DNA of 64,000 nucleotides from an uncultured Nitrospiraceae bacterium (lineage in GTDB: Bacteria; Nitrospirota; 9FT-COMBO-42-15; HDB-SIOI813). The position numbers and the translations under genes were made by a program. Shown here in pieces: positions 20,633-28,114 of this stretch. The stretch spans positions 311,960-375,959 of the forward strand of contig CAZTAM010000003.1 in the NCBI GenBank assembly GCA_964611625.1, read 5' to 3'. Numbering within the stretch: position 1 is the stretch's first letter; every line of letters starts with the position of its first letter. The notes beneath the pieces were generated by a model. That model searched no databases. It worked only from the letters and a program-made list of their open reading frames with translations, and was not told the origin of the DNA.

Positions 20633-20662
20633 CAAAAAAAGTGGGCATAACCACCGCCCACT
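20633..20662 (-). terminator. Intrinsic-terminator-like hairpin in the nusA 5' leader (candidate attenuator)
   Basis: Minus strand reads AGTGGGC-ggtggttat-GCCCACT followed by TTTTTTTG, ending about 26 nt upstream of the nusA start and directly before its SD. Confidence 0.4.
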
Positions 20663-20830
20663 CAATCAACTAGAGCTCAACTGTGTATTTTTCTTATAGC
20701 ATAGTAAAATTAAAAAAGCAAGGCAAAGTAAATATCTTTCAAACCCTTCTTAAGACACCTGCATCATCTTGACTTTTAAAATCAATTATTGGAATATGTA
20801 GTGAATTTTCACATATCAGGTTATAAGCAT

Positions 20831-20917
20831 GCCGGGATGGTGAAACAGGTAGACGCACGGGACTCAAAATCCCGCGGGGGCAACCCCATGGGGGTTCGAT
20901 TCCCCCTCCCGGCACCA
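20831..20917 (+). tRNA. tRNA-Leu (anticodon CAA), type II
   Basis: Acceptor GCCGGGA/TCCCGGC, anticodon loop CTCAAAA, long variable arm, T-arm GGGGG-TTCGATT-CCCCC, encoded CCA. Confidence 0.85.
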
Positions 20918-20986
20918 GCATACAGTATGTCGAATCATTTTAGTTTCATGTAAATAAATACTGATAATTTGTGGTAACATATACAT

Positions 20987-21448
20987 ATGATGGTTCTCAA
21001 AATTAAATGGCATCGTCTTATTGCAGATGAAGGCGGTCAAACTTGCCCGCGGTGTGGTTCAACCGAAAAGGAACTTGAGAAGGCAGCGCACACACTGAAT
21101 CAATCACTTGCTCCATTGGGAATAGAAGTAGTTCTTGAAAAGAAAGCTCTTGATCCTGCTACCTTCGCAAGAGATGTTTTAGAATCAAACCGAATCTGGA
21201 TTGATGATAAACCTATTGAAGAGTTATTGGGAGCAGAAGTTGGACAGAGCCGATGCTGTGACGTTTGCGGCGATGCAGAATGCAGAACTCTTGAGATAGA
21301 AAAAAATACTTATGAAACAATTCCATCTGACGTCATTATTAAAGCTGGACTTATTGCAGCCTCAAAAATGATAGCCGCTGAACCAATAGAAACCTGTTGT
21401 GAAGACAATACCTCAAAGAAGATTCCTTCAAGTACTTGCTGTTCATAA
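20987..21448 (+). CDS. Small cysteine-rich protein (DUF2703-like), probable metal-binding
   Basis: 153 aa with CPRC, CCDVCGDAEC and C-terminal TCC...TCCS (three vicinal Cys pairs). Confidence 0.4.
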   Translation: MMVLKIKWHRLIADEGGQTCPRCGSTEKELEKAAHTLNQSLAPLGIEVVLEKKALDPATFARDVLESNRIWIDDKPIEELLGAEVGQSRCCDVCGDAECRTLEIEKNTYETIPSDVIIKAGLIAASKMIAAEPIETCCEDNTSKKIPSSTCCS

Positions 21449-21601
21449 ACATTTAATAGTTCCATAGAATATAACAATGGATGGCCGGCATGGAGGCAGA
21501 CGGTACGGAGTACGCGCTGTCATCCCATCGGCTCTTAAGAAGCTGGAATAGTGCGGTTTTGTTACTGCATATTCGAAAGAAAACGCAGCATTTCTGCCTG
21601 G

Positions 21602-24600
21602 TTATTCAGACCCCCTTTTCCGGCTGAACATACCTCGCAATGATAACGTCTGAGACTGGTAATAGAGCACCGGCACAACCACCAGTGTCAGCAGTGTGGC
21701 TGCAGCCAGGCCGAATATGACTGCTACCGCCATTGGCCCCCACCACTGAGCTGATTCGCCTCCGATTTCCAGGGATAAATTTCGGAAGTCGAAACTCACC
21801 CCGACTGCCATGGGAAGAAGGCCCAGGATTGTTGTCACTGCCGTGAGCATGACCGGGCGAAAGCGCACGAGACCAGCATGAATGAGCGCCTCACGCAGTT
21901 CCATTCCCTTATTTCTTAACTGATTGATATAGTCAATGAGTACGATGGCATTGTTTACGACCACACCTGCCAGGGATATGACTCCGATGCCGGTCATGAT
22001 AATGCCGAAAGGTGTTGCGGTAACCAGCAGGCCCATGAAAACTCCGGTTAGCGACAGGATAACGGATGTCATGACTATCAGCATTTGTAGAACTGAATTG
22101 AACTGGGTAAGGAGGACAAGTGCTATTAGAAAGACCGCAACGATGAAGGCCTTCCCAAGAAAAGCAGATGCCTTCTGCTGCTCTTCCTGTTCGCCGGAGA
22201 AATTGATCTTATAACCGGCGGGCAGCTCGATTCCTGACAACCGGGTCTGTACATCTTTCAATACCTCGTTGCTGTTTCGGCCGAAAGTGTTGGCGGAGAT
22301 GGTCACCACCCTATTCTGATCAATGTGGCGGATGGCTCCGAAACCAGTCTCCATCTCTATCCTGGCAACTGTGGAGAGTGGAACGGGGGCTCCTGTCCTC
22401 GTCGGAATAAGGAGGCTGCCGATATCACTAAGGCTCTGCCGTCGGGGTTCAGGCAGGCGGGCAATGATGTCATATTCGTCCTTGCCTTCTCGGTAAACTC
22501 CAAGCTTGCTTCCGCTGATTGCAGCCTTGACTGTGCTGGAAATCTCCGCGGTGGAGAGCCCCAGCAGGGTTGCTTTATTCCGGTCAACCAGCACCCTTAT
22601 CTCAGGTTTGGCCTTTGAGAAATCGTCCTTGAGATCAACCAGTCCCGGAACATCTTTTACCAGGGATTTGGACTTCTCTACCAGCGACTCAAGAGTTTCG
22701 ACCACTTCTCCGCTGATCTCTATGTTTACGGGCGGACCTGTGGGTGGACCCGTCTCTTCTTTTTCCACCTTGATCTCTGCCCCGGCCATGGAGGCAACCG
22801 CCTCCCGTATGCGTCCCAGCACGATATTGGAATTCTCTCTGCGCTTCTCCCGCTCGACAAAGTCGAGGGAAATTTTACTAAAATTAGACTGAGCACCGGC
22901 ACTGCTGCCGGCTTCGCCACTCGCGCCAACTCCGACCTCAGCAATAATGAATTTAAGATCCTTTTCCGGACTGGCAGCCTTCTCCACAATCATAGCCAAC
23001 TGGTTGGATGTCTCCAGGTTAGCCCCTTCCGGTGCCTTGATTTCGACGAATGCCCTGTTAGGCTCCGTATCCGGGAAGAGCTCTACCCCATGACCCAACA
23101 GACTGTATCCGGCAATGATAAGAAGCAGCAATGTAAGCGCCCCGCCGACTACCAGTCCCCGATGATCAAGGGATTTCCCCAGAATCCAGCGATACATACC
23201 TAATATGCGCATTTGCTCATCAACGCCGCCTGTGCTGCTGCGGCTGACACGCATAAATGAAGCACAGAGTACCGGGTTGATGACCAGGGCTACCAGCAGT
23301 GATGCCGTCAGAACTATGATAAGGGTCATGGGAAGATATTTCATGAACTCGCCCATCACCCCAGGCCAGAACAACATGGGACCGAATGCGCACAGAGTGG
23401 TCAGTGTCGAGGATATAACCGGCCAGCCGACCTCGCTTACCGCCCTGCGTGCAGCGCTGATCCGGTCATCACCTTCCTGCATGTGCCGGTATATGTTCTC
23501 AACGATTACGATGGCGTTGTCTACCAGCATCCCAAGTGCCAGGATCAGGCTGAACAATACTACCATGTTTAGGGTGATTCCCATCGCCTGAATGACGGCA
23601 AAGGACAGGAGCATGGAAAATGGGATCGCCGATGCGACAAATATGGCGCTGTTCAATCCCAGAAAAAAGAAGAGTACCGCAACCACAAGAATCAGGCCGG
23701 TTAGGATGTTATTCTCCAGATCAGAGACCATGGTCCGGATGTCCCTGGATTGGTTCAGCGTTACGGACAGCTCGACCCCCGCCGGAACCTGCTTCCGGGC
23801 CTCTTCAAGCAGCGCAAATACATGGTCGGCGACTGCGATGATGTTCTCGCCAGTCCGCTTCTTCACCGCAAGTGTCACGCTGCTTCTACCGTTGAGCCTG
23901 GCATGGCTTGTGCGGTCTTCAAAAGTGTCGCGGACCACTGCAACATCCTTGAGGTAGATCGGGCGGCCGTCACGGCTTGCCACCATCAGGGTGTCCACCT
24001 CGTCCGGGCTGGTGAACTCCCCGGGTATGCGGAGGAGGTATTCTCCCCGCCCTATATCGAGGCTGCCGCCTGGGATGTTGACATTTTCGCGTTGAACGGA
24101 CTGAAGTATCTCGGCAAAAGAGAGTCTGTAGGCGAACATTCTGTCAGGGTTGAATTCCACCCTGATTTCCCTCTCCCGTCCACCCGCAAGATTCACCTCC
24201 AGAACGCCTGGAATCGCTTCAATCCTGTCCTCCAGTTCTTCCGCCACACGTTTGAGAACCGTTTCCTCAACATCACCGGAAACAGCAAGCATCAGAATCG
24301 GAAACTCCGAAAGGTTGACCTCGAAGATAACAGGATCGTTTTCCAGATCTTCGGGGAGATCCCCTTTGGCCTGATCAACTTTGTCGCGCACCCACTGTAT
24401 GGCGTTGTCGATGTCTACCCTGGGAGTAAATTCAATAGTAATCACTGAGGAACCCTCGGCACTGACTGATCTGATTTCTTCCACGTCCCTGAGGCCCTTT
24501 AGCTTGCGTTCTATTGGCAGGGTAATGAGGGTTTCAATGTCCGATGGCGCAGCCCCCTCATAGGAGGTGACCACCATAACATACGGTATTGTGATGTCAG

Positions 24601-24712
24601 GGGACGATTCACGCGGAAGTGTAATGTAGCTGTATGCCCCAATTACAATAAAAAAAACCATCAGGGCGAAGATTGTGCTGCGATGGCCAATGGCTGCATC
24701 AGATATCAGCAT
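21602..24712 (-). CDS. RND efflux transporter permease (AcrB/CzcA superfamily)
   Basis: About 1040 aa, 12-TM RND architecture; track start is TTG at 24733, internal ATG at 24712 gives an AcrB-like N-terminus. Confidence 0.85.
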   Translation of the reverse strand: MLISDAAIGHRSTIFALMVFFIVIGAYSYITLPRESSPDITIPYVMVVTSYEGAAPSDIETLITLPIERKLKGLRDVEEIRSVSAEGSSVITIEFTPRVDIDNAIQWVRDKVDQAKGDLPEDLENDPVIFEVNLSEFPILMLAVSGDVEETVLKRVAEELEDRIEAIPGVLEVNLAGGREREIRVEFNPDRMFAYRLSFAEILQSVQRENVNIPGGSLDIGRGEYLLRIPGEFTSPDEVDTLMVASRDGRPIYLKDVAVVRDTFEDRTSHARLNGRSSVTLAVKKRTGENIIAVADHVFALLEEARKQVPAGVELSVTLNQSRDIRTMVSDLENNILTGLILVVAVLFFFLGLNSAIFVASAIPFSMLLSFAVIQAMGITLNMVVLFSLILALGMLVDNAIVIVENIYRHMQEGDDRISAARRAVSEVGWPVISSTLTTLCAFGPMLFWPGVMGEFMKYLPMTLIIVLTASLLVALVINPVLCASFMRVSRSSTGGVDEQMRILGMYRWILGKSLDHRGLVVGGALTLLLLIIAGYSLLGHGVELFPDTEPNRAFVEIKAPEGANLETSNQLAMIVEKAASPEKDLKFIIAEVGVGASGEAGSSAGAQSNFSKISLDFVEREKRRENSNIVLGRIREAVASMAGAEIKVEKEETGPPTGPPVNIEISGEVVETLESLVEKSKSLVKDVPGLVDLKDDFSKAKPEIRVLVDRNKATLLGLSTAEISSTVKAAISGSKLGVYREGKDEYDIIARLPEPRRQSLSDIGSLLIPTRTGAPVPLSTVARIEMETGFGAIRHIDQNRVVTISANTFGRNSNEVLKDVQTRLSGIELPAGYKINFSGEQEEQQKASAFLGKAFIVAVFLIALVLLTQFNSVLQMLIVMTSVILSLTGVFMGLLVTATPFGIIMTGIGVISLAGVVVNNAIVLIDYINQLRNKGMELREALIHAGLVRFRPVMLTAVTTILGLLPMAVGVSFDFRNLSLEIGGESAQWWGPMAVAVIFGLAAATLLTLVVVPVLYYQSQTLSLRGMFSRKRGSE

Positions 24713-25796
24713 TTCCGGTTCCCTCTTCAGCAACTGCGGACCCGTCGCTAACCAGGTGCTGACCTTTTACAATGAGCCGCTCACCAGGTGTGAGCCCTTC
24801 TTCTATCACTGCCATATTGCCGATAATAGGCCCGACTTTTACTTGACGAAGATGTGCTGTGCCGCCCTGTTCGACATAGACGACTTTGATCCCATCGCGT
24901 TCCACCAGGGAATAAAGTGGGACTGCGATTACCTGAGAGAGCTTACGGCTCAGGAAAGCGACACGAATGATCATCCCAGGGCGCAGTGATCCCGCCTTGT
25001 TGTCGACAGCGATCTTGGCCTGGTAAGTCCTGGTTGCCGGATCTGCCTGGTAGGATAGATGGATGATCTCACCTGCGAATCCCTGACCTGCCCCTCCTTC
25101 TACCGGAGCGGCAAAGACCCGGGCTTTTTCTCCAACAGTCAGTTTCATTATGTCCTTCTCAGGTACATCTACCAGTGCCCGCAGCCGGTTGACCTGCATA
25201 ACAACCGCTGCGGCGTTCCCTTCGGCAATATACTCGCCCCGGTCTATCAACAGGCGATCGAGAATACCGTCCACAGGGCTGCGAATTGTGCTTTTGTCAA
25301 GGGCTACCCTTGAAAGCCTCAACTGGGCCTGAGCCTGTTCAAATGCCTTAGTGGAATCTTCGAATTCCTGCTGGCTGATAAGATTGCTCTGAACAAGGGA
25401 GAGGCGGCGTTCCATGCGCTTTTTCTGCAGTTCGTACTCGACCTCATCACGTGCCAACTCCGCTTCAAGTCTTTCCGGATCGATGCGCAGGATGGTATCT
25501 CCCTTTTTCACCCTGTCTCCTTCTTTGGGGCCAATCCATTTCACAGGACCGGACATTTCAGCTGCCAGGGTCAGATCCTCCCAGGCTTCCAGAGTTCCGG
25601 GGAGAGTCAGGTTCACCGAGAGATTTTGCTTTACGACAGTGCTGAGGGAAACGTTGGTGACCTTTATCCGATGCGGATCTGGCAATACTACTTTGGTTTC
25701 ATCACTGCCGGAATTATCGCATCCGCTGAAAAGAAGTACCACCAGAAGAAGCGGAAGGCAGGCAGGGTGATTCAGGAGAATATTCTTTAGCTTCAT
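24699..25796 (-). CDS. RND efflux periplasmic adaptor (membrane fusion protein), lipoprotein
   Basis: Lipobox LLFSGC; HlyD-like lipoyl and beta-barrel regions; ATG at 25796. Confidence 0.8.
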   Translation of the reverse strand: MKLKNILLNHPACLPLLLVVLLFSGCDNSGSDETKVVLPDPHRIKVTNVSLSTVVKQNLSVNLTLPGTLEAWEDLTLAAEMSGPVKWIGPKEGDRVKKGDTILRIDPERLEAELARDEVEYELQKKRMERRLSLVQSNLISQQEFEDSTKAFEQAQAQLRLSRVALDKSTIRSPVDGILDRLLIDRGEYIAEGNAAAVVMQVNRLRALVDVPEKDIMKLTVGEKARVFAAPVEGGAGQGFAGEIIHLSYQADPATRTYQAKIAVDNKAGSLRPGMIIRVAFLSRKLSQVIAVPLYSLVERDGIKVVYVEQGGTAHLRQVKVGPIIGNMAVIEEGLTPGERLIVKGQHLVSDGSAVAEEGTGNADI

Positions 25797-25862
25797 CACT
25801 GGTCTCCGGATTTTGACATTTATACTCCACGTAAGTAATTAAAGTTGCCTGCAAGAAAAACC

Positions 25863-25902
25863 TTGACATTAAACGTTATAATGCTAATATAGTGCTATAC
25901 TA
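25863..25902 (+). promoter_or_regulatory. Putative sigma70 promoter of the MarR gene with overlapping inverted repeat
   Basis: -35 TTGACA (25863-25868), 16-nt spacer, -10 TAATAT (25885-25890); palindrome TATAG-TG-CTATA (25888-25899) overlaps -10 and predicted TSS. Confidence 0.3.
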
Positions 25903-25938
25903 ACTATTAGTCAAGCAATTATTTCAAAGAAAACGGAC

Positions 25939-26376
25939 ATGATTGATTATGATTTCGAAAATAGCGTAAGTTTCTGGGTGGGACTGACTTCACACATCTT
26001 CGAGACAGCTCTTAATAATGAGTTGGTTGGTACAGGCATCACGCTGCGGCAGGTACAGGTGCTTGCATGTCTTGCCCTGTATGGAGACCTGGCACAAAAT
26101 GAGTTGGCTGCTCAATTGCGAATAGAGCCCCCGACACTCGTGCGCATCCTGGACAGGATGGAACGGGACGGCTGGATAGAGCGGTGCGAATCACCACTGG
26201 ACCGAAGAAAAAAAATCATTCGTCCTACCGAAAGGGTCACCACCAGATGGAATAAAATCGTTGAATGTGGTGAGCGCATGGAAAAGCGGGCGACTACGGG
26301 TCTGAGCCAGACCCAATTGAATAACCTTAAGGATACGCTATCAGCAATACGCCGCAATCTTGAACCTAAAACATAA
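25939..26376 (+). CDS. MarR-family transcriptional regulator
   Basis: 145 aa winged-HTH with typical MarR layout; divergent from the efflux operon. Confidence 0.75.
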   Translation: MIDYDFENSVSFWVGLTSHIFETALNNELVGTGITLRQVQVLACLALYGDLAQNELAAQLRIEPPTLVRILDRMERDGWIERCESPLDRRKKIIRPTERVTTRWNKIVECGERMEKRATTGLSQTQLNNLKDTLSAIRRNLEPKT

Positions 26377-26746
26377 CGATTTTTTTTGAGACAAATCGGG
26401 CTTTGTCAATTGCTGTCTTCATCCGGTATTTATTAATCCGCTGGCAGCTAATGATTATAATCTTAACTTATAAGCCACAATGAATCCTTGCATATTTTAC
26501 GATTAGCTGTTATAGTATGCGATAAGATTGATAGTATGGATTGGCATGTCCTATACCCACCATGTAATGAGAGCCTTCCAGTCTATCTTGCCTGATATGA
26601 GCATAATGAATATTGCCGACTTCGTAAGATACCCATTTGCGCGACTATCATTTCGCACCGCAATTTATACATTCGCCAGCTTATGGATGTTGGGAATAAT
26701 ATCAGTATCCCCTGCTGTGTCAGGACAGTTTAAAGGAGCGACAGAT

Positions 26747-27184
26747 ATGAGTATTTCAGAAGGCAGACAGGTATCAATTGAATACACGTTAAAACTGGAA
26801 GACAAGACTATAGTTGACAGTAATGTTGGCGCAGCCCCGCTTACATATGTCCATGGCGCACGCCAGATCATACCAGGTCTTGAAAATTCGTTAACCGGCA
26901 TGAAGGTCGGAGACAAGAAGGAAGTTACTGTTAAGCCTGAAGACGGATACGGCCTGGTTGATACTAAGGCGCTTGTTGAGGTGGATAAGGAACAGATTCC
27001 AGCAGACTCTGCTAAGATAGGTTCGCAGCTTCAGGGCCGGGATAATGATGGAAATGTCTTTACTGCACGCGTTACCGAGATAAAAGATAATAAGGTAGTG
27101 CTCGATTTCAACCATCCTTTAGCAGGCAAGACACTTTACTTTGAAGTCAGGGTGCTTAACATACTGGAAGTTCCACAGCCATAA
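26747..27184 (+). CDS. FKBP-type peptidyl-prolyl cis-trans isomerase (SlyD/FkpB-like)
   Basis: SlyD-like N-terminus (VSIEYT...PLTYVHG...IPGLE); internal ATG at 26747 has SD AAAGGAG, track start 26528 adds an unlikely 73-aa extension. Confidence 0.7.
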   Translation: MSISEGRQVSIEYTLKLEDKTIVDSNVGAAPLTYVHGARQIIPGLENSLTGMKVGDKKEVTVKPEDGYGLVDTKALVEVDKEQIPADSAKIGSQLQGRDNDGNVFTARVTEIKDNKVVLDFNHPLAGKTLYFEVRVLNILEVPQP

Positions 27185-27261
27185 GAGGTTGTGGTGACAA
27201 AGTCCGCTATTAAGTAATAGCGGCAATAGCTTTTTAACAATCTTACAAGGAGAGTGTAGTC

Positions 27262-27615
27262 ATGTCAGTCAAGCTTTATGTAGGCAATCTGTCTTATGAG
27301 GTCACAGAATCAGAATTAAACGACCTTTTCACACCATTTGGTACTGTGGAAAGCGCCCGGATTATCACTGACAAGTTTACAGGGAACTCCAAAGGATTCG
27401 GTTTTGTTGAGATGTCCAACCGTGAAGAAGCAAATCAGGCTATGAACGAACTCAATGGAAAAACGATTAATAACCGCGCAGTGGTTGTAAATGAGGCAAG
27501 GCCCCAGACCAAGTCACCACGCGGGGGTGGAGGCGGAGGGTTTGGAAACCGTTCATCACGCGGAGGAGGCAGCGGCAGTAAAAGCGGCGGCAGACCTCAG
27601 AGAAGAAGTTATTAG
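27262..27615 (+). CDS. RRM-type RNA-binding protein with Gly/Arg-rich tail
   Basis: RNP-2 LYVGNL and RNP-1 KGFGFVEM; C-terminal GGGGGGFGNRSSRGGGSG; SD AAGGAGAG. Confidence 0.85.
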   Translation: MSVKLYVGNLSYEVTESELNDLFTPFGTVESARIITDKFTGNSKGFGFVEMSNREEANQAMNELNGKTINNRAVVVNEARPQTKSPRGGGGGGFGNRSSRGGGSGSKSGGRPQRRSY

Positions 27616-27640
27616 AGTCTTGTCCATATAAGAATAAAAA

Positions 27641-27673
27641 AGCCCACTGGAGTAATCCAGTGGGCTTTTTCTT
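27641..27673. terminator. Bidirectional Rho-independent terminator
   Basis: AAAAAA-AGCCCACTGG-agtaat-CCAGTGGGCT-TTTTTCTTT between convergent RRM and lipoprotein genes. Confidence 0.65.
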
Positions 27674-27690
27674 TAACAAATATACTATTT

Positions 27691-27882
27691 TTACTTGTGT
27701 TCGCCTGCTGGCTGCTGTGCCTCGCCGCCTTCTGCTGGTGCCTGCTCTGCTGGCGCCTGTTCTGCCGGAGCTGGTGCTTCTGCCGGTGGAGGAGGTGCTG
27801 GTTGTTCCTTTTTCTGACATGCAGTGAAACCGAGTGTACCTGCCATAGCCAGCGCTAAAAGCATAATTAGACCTTTCTTCAT
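27691..27882 (-). CDS. Small lipoprotein with Pro/Ala/Glu-rich repeats
   Basis: Signal peptide plus lipobox (LGFTAC), then repeated APAEQ units; strong SD AAGGAGGTG. Confidence 0.5.
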   Translation of the reverse strand: MKKGLIMLLALAMAGTLGFTACQKKEQPAPPPPAEAPAPAEQAPAEQAPAEGGEAQQPAGEHK

Positions 27883-28114
27883 TTATTCATTCACCTCCTT
27901 TCTTCTCGAAAATTTATCGTTCGTAGTCATATTCTCTAATTTTATTAAACATTATTTAAATATTGCTAAAGGATTACACAATCATCGGGTTCCACTCTGT
28001 GCATGACAGATATGAAATTACAGTGGTAAGTTTTCTTAGTGGGAAACATAACATCTTAACCGTAGACCAAATGTCCAATTGCACATTAAACATGAACAAA
28101 TAACAATTGTCAAG

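Noticed and set aside
20739-20921. 60-aa minus-strand ORF
   Set aside because: Overlaps tRNA-Leu on the opposite strand; translation is tRNA-derived (…GGGIEPP…).
23750-24448. 232-aa plus-strand ORF, along with other ORFs of 60 to 130 aa in 21936-24563
   Set aside because: All antisense to the RND permease gene, which spans the region in one frame with clear family features.
26400-26530. Possible att-like repeat of the tRNA-Leu 3' end at the far side of the GC-rich block
   Set aside because: No match to the tRNA 3' segment found by eye, and no integrase gene present.
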